Assembly (NCBI RefSeq): GCF_021869535.1 | Contig: NW_026262581.1 | Location: 133,052,001-133,116,000 of the forward strand | Direction of reading: 5' to 3' | Source: Mytilus californianus | Taxonomy: Eukaryota | DNA length: 64,000 nucleotides | In this document: in pieces, positions 1 through 13,500 of the stretch | Layout of the letters: each line of letters begins with the position of its first letter | How positions within the stretch are numbered: position 1 is the stretch's first letter | Notes under the pieces: generated by a model | What the model was told of the DNA's origin: nothing | Databases searched by the model: none | What the model saw: only the letters and a program-made list of their open reading frames with translations | Made by a program: the position numbers and the translations under genes

Positions 1-1892
1 GACACAACATTCAAGCTTGATACAGCTCTGAATTTGGATTGTGATTAAATATTTGACACAGCATAGGTTTCTGACACAGAATGAATGTTGTCTAAGAACT
101 TAAAAATTTTAAATTGGACATTCACCTATTATGGTCCAATATCCAAAATCTAAATACATGGTTAGATTCAGCATATCAAAGAACCCCAAGAATTCAATTT
201 TTGATGAAATCAAACAAAGTTTAATTTTGGACCCTTTTGACCTCAATGTGGACAAAGTTGATAACGGGGCCCAAAAATCAAAAATCTAAATACATGGTCA
301 GATTCAGCATATCAAAGAACCCCATATATTCAATTTTTGTTGAAATCAAACAAAGTTTAATTTTGGACCCCGATTTGGACCAACTTGAAAACTGGGCCCA
401 TAATCAAAAATCTAAATACATGTTTAGATTCAGCATATCAAAGAACCCTAAAAATTCAATTTTTGTTAAAATCAAACTAAGTTTAATTTTGGACCCTTTG
501 GACCTTAATGTAGACCAATTTAAAGCGGAACCCAAAAATTAAGAATCTAAATACACGGTTAGATTCGGCATATCAAAGAACCCCAATAATTCAATTTTTG
601 ATGAAATCAAACAAAGTTAAATTTTGGACCCTTTGGACCTCAATGTGGACCAATATAAAAACGGGGCCCAAAATCCAAAAACTTAATACACGGTTAGATT
701 CAGCATATTAAAGAACCCCAAGAATTCAAGAATAAAACCCCATTGAAATTGATCAAGAAATAAGCAATTTATACGAAGTATCTTCTTTTGCACAATACTG
801 TGCAATTGAATATTTCTTGCTATTGTGCAATACTGTACAATTGACAATTTCTTGCTATTGCGCAATATTGTGCTATTGGATATTTCTTGCTATTGCGCAA
901 TACTGAGCAATTGAAGATTTCTTGAAATTGCGCAATACTGTGCAATTGAAGATTTCTTGCTATTGTGCAATACTGTGCAATTGAAAATTTCTTGCTATTG
1001 CACAATACTTATTATATAATAATTTACACATCCTGTTTGGTGTGTATCTCCTACCATATCATTATTATTTGCTTTTAAATATTAATCAGAAATAACCAAC
1101 TTAAAATGGAAAATTTTAAAAGAAAAAAAAAAGGAAAAAAGAAAAAAAAAGAAAAAAAAAAAATCCCCCCCCCCCAAATTTTTTTAACCCCCTTATGATT
1201 CATCACCCCCAAACTCAATCCCAGCCTTCCCTTTGTGGTATGGTACTTGCAGTACAATTTCAGAGAGATCCATACACTTGAACACAAGTTATTGTCTGGA
1301 AACTAGAAAAATGCTTATTTTTGGCCCCTTTTTGGCCCCCAATTCCTAAACGATTTGGGCAATTACCCCCAAACTCAATTCCAGCTTTCCCTTTGTGATA
1401 TGGAACCTTGTAGTACAATTTCAGAAATATCCAAACACTTACACACAAGTTATTGTCATGAAACTAGAAAAATGCTTGTTTTTTGTCCCTTTTTTGGCCC
1501 CTAATTCCTAAAATTTTGAGGCAATTACCCCCAAAATCAATTACAGCCTTCCCTTTGTGATATGGAACCTTGTGGTACAATGTCAGAGAGATCCATACAC
1601 TTACACACAAGTTATTGTCTGGAAGTTACAAAAATGCTTATTTTTGGCCCCTTTTTGGCCCCTAATTCCTTAACTGTTGGTACCATAACCCCCAAAATCA
1701 ATCCCAACCTTCCTTTCGTGGTATTAAACCTTATGGTAAAATTTCATAGAGATCCATTCACTTAAACTAAAGTTAGAGTGCGAAAACCAATGTGTCTTCG
1801 GACGACGCCAGACGACGACGACGACGACGCCAACGCCAACGTCATACCAATATACGACCAAAAAATTTTTAATTTTTGCGGTCGTATAAAAA
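1..1892 (-). mobile_element. Helentron-associated non-autonomous element (HINE-type) with internal satellite array; runs off the left window edge
   Basis: Terminus rc TTTTATACGACCGC...GGTCGTAT hairpin plus (GAC)n microsatellite at 1801-1892; five 126-136 bp monomers (about 130-730); 35-bp minisatellite (about 790-1010); reverse-complement near-copy at 25942-30085. Confidence 0.8.
790..1010. repeat. 35-bp minisatellite (TATTGCGCAATACTGTGCAATTGAAGATTTCTTGC) inside the HINE
   Basis: About 6 tandem units; mirrored at about 26595-26815. Confidence 0.9.
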
Positions 1893-3848
1893 CTGGTTGA
1901 AGTTCATTCCTAATTTAAACATATATGGCATTTCCGAAAAAAATTCATTGATAAAACCCTGACAAATTTTCCGGTACTTTTGGTAGTTGATAACATTTAT
2001 ACCAGTTTGGGTGACTGGTCCTCTTCTTCTTCTCCTGTAAGTATTTTCTTTGTTAAGGAACACCAAGGGATTTCTTGTGGAAATTATGTATACTTTATAA
2101 ATAAAGGTTTTCTATAAATCAGACATATACACAATCAACATGTCATACAAAATCAACATGTCATACACAAGTTTGACAAAATTACTTCTTTAAAATCTAA
2201 AAAGTGGTTTCTTCTTAATAAATAAACATAAGAGAAGAGCTTGTCGTCATATCCGTCGATGAAAATATACATATATATTCCAAATATATATGTTTGAAGG
2301 TTGCCCTTCATTTACTTCAGGGGACCCAGTCCATTTAGGGCTATACTAAACTATTCCTTACTCTATGAACCCTAAACCTTATCGCTAGCCTAATTCTTAA
2401 ATCATAGCCCTAACCTTGAACAAACCCTACCCCTACCCTAACATAAACAGAACCCTAACATTAAACTATAGGGCCTTTTTAAGTGGTTACTGATCACAAA
2501 TAAGAGATAACAAATTTAACACTCTTGTCCCCTGAGTATCAAGTTCAAGTTCAATAATGAGTAACTTGTGAAGTTTTCTGTAGTCCTATCAATATTTTCA
2601 ATTTTGTCACTTAGGGGCAGCCCTGATTATTTAACGCCCCATTAGTCCGACACCCCATTGATCCAATACCCAATTTGTCAGACACTGGCATATTTAGACA
2701 ATAGTTAATACATGTATCTCGTTATATCAGAAAGCCGACTAATTGAGTGTTCTTTTAAGCGGTAGTTGGTTTGAATTGGTACAGAAGGTTCTGTCCAATG
2801 TCTGAACAGGTAATGCAAGTTCTCTCTGCAAGTTATCTCTGTACGTTGGTGTAATACCCGAATAGTTCCAGCCCTACCAGTAACTGACCTCTCATACTCA
2901 CGAGGTATAGCCATTGTAGAGCACTGGAATATACCAACCGAATTATTCAGGGTATTAGTATAATAGCAGGATTTCATCAGCATAGCAACATTAAGAATAA
3001 TAGACACATATCCAGTACGACTAAATGTCAATGTTGAATTACTTACATAGTACATACATATAACTGTTTATCTCTCCCAGATCAGAGATGTTAGAAAGTA
3101 AAGATGCAAACTATGAGGCTTGATTACTGTGTTCAGATGAACCATGCAAGATGGTTACGTATACCTTAAAAGCATTCCATACACCAAATATAGTTCATTA
3201 TGTGAGATGAGGACTTGTCGTCAGATCACAAAAACTTAACCTTGATAAAATTTCATTACTGATCTATGAAACGAGGTCAATGTCAGGCACACCCTGTCTT
3301 AGACATATGTAGACCTTGCAAGGGTTACATAAAACAAATATATTTATCCTACTCAGAATTTCACATGATTAAAAACTATAGTTTTAAGCAGATGCTGAAA
3401 CATGAAAATGAGATATATTGGACAATGGACTTCTGACAGACAGAAACTTCACAAGTTAAACAGAAGGAAACCGATTAATATAAGCTTTGAATAGCTTGTT
3501 TCTGAATCCTACTATTAATAGTTTACCTTTGTATTATGATATACGTGTAATGATGACAACTAAATATGTTTATACTAAGTTCAACATCAGACATCTGTAT
3601 ATAAGGTATGAATCAGGTATTCTACCTTCTGAAATGTAAAGCTTTATACAAATAGTTATGCCACCGCTGCCAGATTAGCATTCCTGTGTATCACATTCCA
3701 CAACTTTTGTTGCATGCGAGAAAAAAAAAGGAAAAAAATCAAATTCTTTTGGAATTAAGTTACAATTCAAAGGAATACGATTCTGTCAAGAGTTGATGTT
3801 TCCTGACTTTCACTGTCATTCCAATGGAAATGTCAAAGTGGCACTCAC

Positions 3849-4300
3849 CCCACACACTGCAACAGATTTAACTTCCGTGTTCTGACCTGACGTGGCCGCA
3901 AATTTCTACATTCCATACAATCAAACAATGCATATTTTAGCAAGGGTTTAACTGTTAGACAAGAGAAGTCAAGGGATAACTATATTTGTTTACCCAGATC
4001 AACCCTCTGGGTGACAGAATGAGTAGTTTAAAATACCGCTCCCACATGAACACCAATATATTCTATAAAATAAATTTGAATGACCTATGTTGTACTATTG
4101 GGATGTCAGACAAACGGGGTGTTAGACTTACGTGGCGTTGGAACAATTAGGGTTTGTAATGGTGACCTAGGTCCTAACCTCAGTCCTGTCGTCTGTCGAA
4201 TAGCCTGACCAAATGAAGAAAATGAAACTTGACACTTCTGTCGTTCTGACACTGAATTTGATTACGTCGTTTAAAAGTAAAAAGGGGTTTTGAAGAACAT
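3849..4300 (-). other. Candidate first two exons of a divergent minus-strand transcript (exon 1 about 4300 to 4132; exon 2 3951 to 3849)
   Basis: Minus-strand donor GTAAGT at 4131, strong acceptor ccttgacttctcttgtctaacag ending 3952, donor GTGAGT at 3848; exon 2 contains ATG 3916 (MECRNLRPRQVRTRKLNLLQCV). Confidence 0.5.
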
Positions 4301-4419
4301 GCTAAACTTTATGTTTTGTTCAAAAAAATATTTTACAAACCTTTGAATTAATCGTCATTACTTAAAACCTTCATTAATCATCAATATTTTTATCACAACC
4401 TGAAGAAATCAAAACGAAA

Positions 4420-4433
4420 CCGGAAGCGGAAGT
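4420..4433 (+). promoter_or_regulatory. Tandem ETS/GABP-type motif CCGGAAGCGGAAGT in the TATA-less Hook promoter
   Basis: Two overlapping GGAA cores about 70 nt upstream of the Hook ATG; typical of housekeeping and bidirectional promoters. Confidence 0.6.
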
Positions 4434-4500
4434 TATGAGTTGCTGCCCTTGATTGAACTATTTTACTGTTTGACAGAACTGGGGCGTAAAAAACAGGAAA

Positions 4501-4539
4501 ATGAATCGCGAAGAAGTCTGCGATAGCTTAATTATTTGG
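4501..4539 (+). CDS. HOOK3: Hook exon 1 ([13 protein letters not shown])
   Basis: ATG 4501, donor GTATTT at 4540; CDSLxxW matches the Hook N-terminus; phase 0 fits exon 2. Confidence 0.88.
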
Positions 4540-7500
4540 GTATTTATTAGTTTTGATGAAAAGTATACGTTTGTTACGATAAAACACTTTCTGTGTTGAA
4601 TTAAATGTAGCACAAAAACCTAATATCAGATTCAGCTACATGCAAAATCTGCCATTTTTGTAAATTATATATAAAATTTCCACATGCATAATAATTTAAT
4701 GCAAAGTGTATCAGTGCCATGGTGTCACATGTAATGAAATGCTTAAACTTAAATGGGACTCCCTCTATGAGAATTTGTCTACATAATAAAGATTCTAGGT
4801 TGCTTTCACCCCATTTCAGATCGGGCATTTCACACAACCCAGTTTTTGGTCAAAAATGTACTGGTGAATACCTCTGTTATTTAGTGCTCCCCTCGACAGC
4901 TGCAAGGGTACAATGGAATCAGTGTTCACTCCCTAACAGGATTAATGGAGGTGTGTCGCTAACTTGTGTACAACCAACCACCAAGAACAATCCATCCCCA
5001 ACCCAACACCAAGGGAGTGTTAGGACACTAGGAAGTCTGTTATGATGGAGGAAGCTGAAGTTCTCAGAGAGAACCAATAGGAAACTTGGTGGAAACAAAC
5101 AAACCGATTCGATATCTGAAGATTGATCTCCTGGTCAAAGTCGGGGGCCACTTTGACCAACCGAGGCCCCCAAAGTACCAGTGTGAATGGGAATAGACAT
5201 ATTTTGCACTATTGGGTATTTAGCTGAACTGTGACTCAATATGACCCTAGATCCGTCTGAATAAAACTTATGATGTCATGCCAAGGCTTCAGATGTGATG
5301 AAATGCTTAAACCCAAATGTGACTCCCTGTCTATTGAGGCTATAGACCAGTTATCCTTATTAAAAGGCAATCCTTAGTAGTTTTAAGATAATTTTAGAAG
5401 ATTGGAAAAGGGACAGAGATACTTTCCTTGTCAGATAAAAGAACAGATGATCAAAGTAAGATACAAAATAAAATAGGCCATGTCAAGAAATACATGTATC
5501 TATGATCATGATGATGTTATCACCAGTAATTTTTAACAGGATTTTCGAAGGAAAAATCTGTTATTGATTTGGGGATGTACGGCAGGCGGCTGCCAAACAG
5601 TGCCTGTTCATTAACATGAAATGCTTTGACGAAATTTTTTCAAATTTTGAAATGTTGTTTCCTGGGACTAAATGAAGGTCAAGTTCAATTTTCACAATTT
5701 TAGCTATTCTCGTTGTTGAGTTGTAGACCTTTTAGAAGCCAAAAGTTATACTTATTATGTGATTGAGTTATTTCCCTTTGAACAGAAATGGCAAATATCA
5801 TTTTCATTAGATAATAATCTATTTTTATTAAAGGATACAGTGTTCCAGCTTGAATCTCAGGGCAGAAGGGTGCTAGTTGTCTGAAAGGGCACTTTAGCGT
5901 TATAACCCAGATTTTAAGGGCAATGTTGGACAGTGTATAAATTACCTTGAATATTGCTAGGCTCAGCTGGAGAACATTTATTTAGTTGTATTTAAACCAT
6001 ATTCAGAAATTAATGTGTTCTTGATGTTGGTTCCAGTAAGAATTTTTTTTCATCAAATAATCATACCATGAAGCATATCATTTTGATGTTTATCTAAACA
6101 AACTTGTACATTTGGTATGGAAAATAATCATCAGAAATTTCAATGTTTTATAACTTATACCAAAATAAACAAGTAGTTTTGAAAGATGGAGTTATACATG
6201 TTGAATGTTGAATGGAATTAAATGATCTACATTTAAATTTACTTGTTCAAACATATAGTATATATGTTATTGAGAGTTATTTATTATCATATGAATTGTT
6301 ACAAAAAAATTTTTTAAGTGCACACCAAAGTGCTCCTCAGTAAGGAGTTTTATAAATATAACAGGTGAGACAGGAGATGATCATATTTTATATTGATGCA
6401 ATAATATATTGCAGAAGGTACAGTTACTTTTTTCTCCATCATTGTTAAAAATGAATTTGTTGAGTGCTCCTATGTCAGGAGGATTATAAAATACAAGAAG
6501 TATTAAAAACAGGAAGTGAATCTTGTTATGTTCAAAGTACAAATTTCTTTGATTCCTCTTTAAATTTCATACTCATGGTTATGAAACAAAACATTTTTTA
6601 CCAATGAAGTCAAAACTACAAAAAATCAAAAATGCTTTCAGCAGTTCTTATGAAACTTTGGTGAATTGTTTATATCTATTGATGTAAGCTCCTGTTAGAA
6701 TTTTATAAATTTTACATTTTACATTTCTATGTTATGGGGTTTTATTCATTAAAAAAGGGGGGATTTCCAGTTTTCGGACAATAACTCAAAAATGCTGTCA
6801 GCAATTCTCATGAAACTTTGGTTAATTGTTTATATCTATTGATGTAAGCTCCCTTTACATTTTCATAAATTTCTAATATGACATTGAGAATTAATTGAAC
6901 TTTAATTGTTTATAGTCTGACAACAGATTTACTAAGTATTGCGCAACAGCACAGTGTATTGCACAACAGCAAGAAATCTTTAATTGAATATAAATTCAAT
7001 TCATATAACCAATTTCAAGTTCTTTGACTACATTTATTCAGAAACCTATAATATGTCAAATATTTAATACAATCCAAATTCAGACCTGTATCAAGCTTGA
7101 ATATTGTGTCCATTTTTGCCCCAACTGTTCAGGGTTAGACCTCTGCAGGCGTATCCAGCTGCGCTCAGCGAAGCAGTTTATTCAAGTTGGTACATATCGG
7201 GGTCCAAAATTAAACTGTGTTTGATTTCAACATAAATTGAATATATATAAGGTTCTTTAAAATAAAACTTTTTTGATTTCATAAAAAATTGAATTCTTGG
7301 GTTTCTTTGATATGCTGATTCTAACAATGTACTTAGATTTTGGATATTGGACCAGAATAGGTAAATGTCCGATTTCAAATTTTTCAGTTCTTGGACCACA
7401 TTCATTTTGTGTCACAAACCTATGCTAGTCAAATATTCAATCACAATCCAAATTCAGAGCTGTTTTAAGCTTAAAATTTGTTTCCATACTTGCTCAACTG

Positions 7501-10500
7501 TTCAGGGTTTTGACCTCTGCATGAAAAGCCGGTTTGCTGTCACTCTGACAATCTCTTTTTGTCCATGCTATAGGTCAGATATTAAATGATGTGGAAACAA
7601 AATACACAGATGTATAAAAATGGTATTTGTAATTTCTATTTAATGCTATAATGTAGGCTAGAATGTCAGTAATGAGTCTTTGTGTAGACGAAATGCTCGT
7701 CTGCCATACCAAATAATAATATAAAAATAAAAAGATGTGGTTTGATTGCCAATGAGACAACTAGAGATCAAATGATGTTGATGTAAGCAAATATAGGTTA
7801 CAATATAAGCCTGGTATCTTTGATGAGTTTTACATGTACAAATTTATAAAGCAAGTTATAAAATGTTACCTTGAGTTCCCAGCAGTACCACTGATATAAA
7901 TGACTATTTATCGTCTACAATGTAATTATTGAATATGGAAAAAGACAACATTGTGTTGCTAAAATCAATCCAGTTGTAGTTGTCTGTTCAACTATTTGAA
8001 AAAAGTAAGTAATTAATTTTAATCATGTTAATGTACACTAACAGTAATGAAAAGTTACATTCTTGCTTTTTGAGGATTAATTAAACAAAATTCAACAATT
8101 CTACAGTTTATGTTAATTTTTTCAGATGCAGACATTTGAAGTTGATGCATCATGTAATTCTGCAGATGATCTGAGTGATGGTGTGGCTATGTCTCAAGTT
8201 CTTCATCAAATGTGAGTCCACTTGTAGTCAGGGTGTCAGTTTGATTGTTGACTTTACAGCTAGGTGAACATGAGATATATATATTGTACCAGATTTCCGT
8301 TTTCCATGTGTTACTTGTACATGTGGTGTAAGTAAGTATGTATGACATAATGTGGTTATGTGGTGTAAGTCAGTATGTATGACATAATGTGGTTATGTGG
8401 TGTAAGTCGGTATGTATGACATAATGTGGTTATGTGGTGTAAGTCTGTATGTATGACATAATGTGGTTATGTGGTGTAAGTCGGTATGCAGGGTCCGACA
8501 CTTACGGTTGTCCGATTGCCCGGGGCAAGTTAATGCCATATTCGGACAAGTAAAAACATCATCTTGGTTGTCCGATCGGGCAAGTGAAAAAAAAACTGTT
8601 ATATGATTAAAATTTCACAAAATCAATAGTGTCTGTTGTTTTGTCCATAGATTTCTCAGTGATAACACCGCACGGTCGAGTAAAGTGGTCTTAACCCCCC
8701 CCCTTCAATGCGTATATTTCGTCATTTGTTCGCACTGAATTCCCCATTTTACCAAAAATAGATCACGTTTAAAAATATTGGCCAATCAGGCGGCCACGGC
8801 TTTGCTTCCTCATTGTAGTTATCAATCGGGACACCACTCTGGTGTTTCCGACGCACGTGTTATTCCCACCGATCAATGGAAAGCAGAGGTCTATTTTCGT
8901 TGTTCTAACTTTAGAATTTGACATCGGATGTGTATTTCCCTAAGATCATGAAGATGGAAAACATAAAAGTTTGAAAGAGAAAATGAAATTAAACTTTAAC
9001 AAATTTGTCAGTTGTTGTCAGTTTATTAAGAAGGGTTTTTTGAAATGGCATTTCTTAGATAAATTATTATGAAATAAGTATCTCTATGTAAATGATCCAA
9101 TTCCCGTATATTCCTCGATCTTTTCCCTCCCTCCTCGGCTCATATATGCCTTATAGTATCTCAGTGGTCAAGTCTAGTTGCTGCCATCATGGCACAACAA
9201 TCAACCCTGGCATGTAAATGTGTAAAAGTTTGGGCATGTAGATTTCACTTTCGAACAAGTAAAAGTAATAGGGCACTTGCCCAACTGGACAAGTTGGTAT
9301 AAAAGTTAATGTTGAACCCTGGTATGTATGACATAATGTGGTTATGTGGTGTAAGTCGGTATGTATGACATAATGTGGTTATTAAGTTTAAATCTACATG
9401 TACTGTTACTACAGAATGACATATTTGAGAGTACAGAATACCATGTAAATTACGTAGCTACATATACAAAATTAACTTCTTACTAGTTTAACCCATCCAC
9501 ATTCTGTATGTGCCTGTCCCAAGTCAGGAGCCTGTACTTCAGTGGTTGTCGTTTGTTGCTGTGTATCATATTTGTTTTTCGTTCATTATTTTGTACATAA
9601 ATTAGGTCATTAGTTTTCTAGTTTGAATTGTTTAACATTTGTCATTTCAGGGCCTTTTATAGCTGACTAACGGTATTGGTTTTGCTCATTGTATAATGAC
9701 CTATAGTTGTTAATTTCTGTGTCATTTTGTCTCTTGTGGAGAGTTGTCTCATTGGCAATCATACCACATCTTCTTATTTTTATATTGTTATCCGATTAAC
9801 TTTTAAAGGGAGGTAAATAGTTATTTTTGGTGCAATATGTTTCCCAGTTTTTAAATCACAAACTTTTGTAGTACATGTATTTGGATTTTTTCTCACAACA
9901 TTAAAGAAAAATAAAAAATTATTCCAGAACATAAACTGACAATTACAGGCTGTGCTTCATGCGTTATAAGAGAAATGCACTGTTCAATCATATATTAATT
10001 GGAGCAAATTATCATTATTCACATAAAACCCTCTAAACTGAAGGATTTCACACAATGTTATCAAATATTTTTTTTTCTATAGAGCACCAGATTACTTTGA
10101 TGATAGTTGGTTGTCAAAGATAAAACCTGATGTCTCTACAAACTGGAGGCTGAAGGTAAGTACCTATGATGTACCTATGATAGGCTATGTTGTCTCTACA
10201 AACTGGAGGCTGAAAGTAAGTATCTATGATAGACTTAAACATCGGTATTAATTGTAAATATGGACATTTTTAGAAGTTATTGATGGAGAGAAGCATATGT
10301 ATTGTAATAATTCTGAGACTTGTTTGTCCTTTTGCAAAGGAGAGGTGAAGGATACCAAAGGGACATTCAAACTCAAGTCGAAAATAAACTGACAAAGCCA
10401 TGGCTAAGAAAGAAAAAGACAAACCGACAGACAACAGTACACAAAACACAACAAAGAAAACCAAAGACTGAGCAACACGAACCCCACCTAAAACTGGTGG

Positions 10501-13500
10501 TGATCTCAGGTGCTCCGTAAGAGTAAGTAGATCCTGCTCCACAAGTGGCACCCGTCGTGTTGCTCATAATTGTACAAACCAGGTGAAAAGTCTTATTCGG
10601 TAGGTCACATTCAGGGAAAAGGGGATGGGATTGTAGTTACGACAATTGGAACTCTTGGTTTAATAGCTTCTTTTTGAGCAGCAACCCTCTATCAAGGAAA
10701 TCATGATCGGAAATACAAGCCCTGGGAGATATATACTCTGTATGCAGGTGCTGCTGGAATGTTGCTACATAGAAATGGAAAGTTCACAATTGGGAAGCTG
10801 AAACTATCTCTTTTGCTGTAAAGTTTTGTTTTCAACCGACCATCATTGTCAATTTCTAGATGTTAGTCAAGATATGAGGCAGACTTAACTGTATCTGTTG
10901 TATCCTTTATCTCAAGGTTGATAGGATATATGCATTCAACATAGTCACCAAATTTTGAATTATTTGCAATCATTGAACAAAATAAGTGCATGTGTAGTTA
11001 GAAATTACAAGTGAGAATTTTGTACATTATTTATTTAATTATTTTGTAGGTCAGTAACCTTAAGAAGATCCTGAAAGGAATTCTAGAGTTCAATCTGGAG
11101 GTCAGTTTAATTGAAGATTTCTGGAAGTCTATGTGTTGTGTTTCAGGCTGTGTATAATGTTTGTATATGATTGACTATACGCATACAGTCATAGCCATAT
11201 GTGTATATATTTATATCATCTGACCATACTATGGTCCAGGTTATTAACACGATGATAAAGATGATTTTACATGATACTTTCAAATGCAAGAGAACAGATA
11301 CACCCACACTCAGACAGGTTTGCAGAACAAGCTGTGTGTTCCTCTGAAAGAAGAATTCTTCCATAGTTAATCTGCTTAATTTTTTATGTAAAATATGAGC
11401 AATTGCAGTGCAATATTTTGATAATTAACTTTGTCCAAAACTTGTTTGTTTTGTGTCTTACATGTACTTACTGCTGTGGCATCTTATATTCTTTTGAATA
11501 ATTTTTTATTGTTGTATTTCCTGAACATCATGTTTTGTTTCTTACTTGCTGAACTAAAAGCACACAGGATGGATAAATGAGCACAAAACATTGATAAACG
11601 TTTCTCGTGCATATATGGTCTTTATACTCATATGTTCTTACCTGTTAATAACCAAATGAGTATATACTCATATGGTCCAAATACTCATATTTATATATAT
11701 ATCCAAAACATACATTAATTGAAAGTTTGATAACGTAATCATTATTACAACAAAGTTTAATAAAGTTTTCCCTTTGTAAATCATATAGAGAATGAATGTA
11801 GGATTAATGTGATAATATAAAAGTAAATAGATGTGGTATGATTGCCAATGAGACAACTATCAACGGAGTTCAAATGAAGTGGATATAAGCAATTATAGGC
11901 CACTGTACTGCCTTCAACAATGAGAAAAACTCATACTGTGTAGTCAGCTATAAAAGTAACATACATGAAAAATGTGAAACAATTCAAATGAGATAAGTAA
12001 AGGCCTAATTTATAACAAAACAATTTATGAAAAACAAATATGACATGAACCAACGACAACCACTGAACTATTTATTTTATAGATACTTGGAATAGAGATC
12101 CAGGATTTCCAAATGCCTAATATCAATGACATAGGTAAGTTTTTAGTTTTCACCATATATAATAAAGACAATATAAATAAATCAGAATCTTTTGATAAAA
12201 ATTATACTTCACAATAATATCATATCACAATAATATCATACCTGTCCTCTACATGCAAATGTTTTCATTACAAAGTTAGTCTGTCAACTATGATGTTATA
12301 TTCAGGTGAACACTGTAACACATCGGAGCTGTCACGCTTGCTACAGTTAATACTGGGGTGTGCTGTAAACTGTGCTGACAAACAGGAATATATACAGAGA
12401 ATTATGTCCATGGAGGTCTCTGTCCAACAGGTTGTAATGAATGCCATACAAGAGGTATGTTTTACTTAAAATTCACTGACTGAATTTAGTATTTCACATA
12501 GAAATTTCTAATGTTGAGAAATCATATATTATTGACATAACATTTTAAAAGAAGTGTAATTCTCACTAAGGGGAAATTTACTACAAGAAAACATAAATTT
12601 TGTAGCCAGTTAATACAAATATGCATTGCATTAGATACTATATAAAACATGTCATAGATATTGTTTTAAATGTTTTTTTACAAAATCACTTACGCTATTT
12701 ATTATTTCATTATGTTTGTTACAGCTGATGATGAAAGAAGTGTCAACCAATGGAGATGGTGATTCTGAAATGGCTGACCAGGTTAGTAATCGGCATGGAA
12801 ACAAATTGTTCTAACACATCAAAAAGACAAATATTATTTAATAACTGTATATTCACTTAATCTTTTTTCGTTCAGAAATTTGAGAATTGCAAACAAAGAT
12901 GACAAACAGTAAATACCATTATATCTATTTATAGAACTTTCAAGATGTTATTTATCTTGATCTCAAACCATATTTAAAAGGTTTTATATATAAGAAAAGA
13001 TATTGTGTCAAGGAGACAACAACCCGACCAAAGACCAGAAAACAGCCCAAGGCCACCAATGGGTCTTCAATGCAGCAAGAAAAACCCGCACCTGGAGGCG
13101 GGCTTCAGCTGGCCACTTAACAATACTGTATAATGTATATTGCCATTTTCTTCTTTTAAAACAAGAGAGTTACCCATGTAAGAGCTGATTAAATATGAAC
13201 AGTCAAGAAGAATTTTGAATTGCAGAGAGCAGTTTATTTCTTACCAGAAATAATTAAGTTTAGGTGAAGTGAACCATACATCTAAGGACTGGACATTTAT
13301 TGAAAACTGAAAAAGAGTTGCGATAATCTCCCTTTTATCATGCAGTGACAGATCACAAAAAAATATATCTGTTTGGGAGAATTTACTTGTTTAATTTATT
13401 TCACAAAAGAATAAATAACACATGCTATTTACTATATTTAATTTTCTATTTACTTATTCACTACAATTTCATACACAAATGGATAAATCTTTGCATATAA

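Noticed and set aside
237-1765. Track ORFs with internal repeats (also 25999-27366 and 28942-29495)
   Set aside because: They are translations of HINE satellite monomers and the 35-bp minisatellite; no splice context or protein family
2350-2470. Interstitial telomere-like CCCTAA motifs
   Set aside because: Scattered and degenerate, not a tandem array; more likely a decayed TE fragment
2705-4300. RNF170 as the head-to-head partner, as in vertebrate HOOK3 synteny
   Set aside because: No RING or RNF170-like sequence in any frame of the candidate exons
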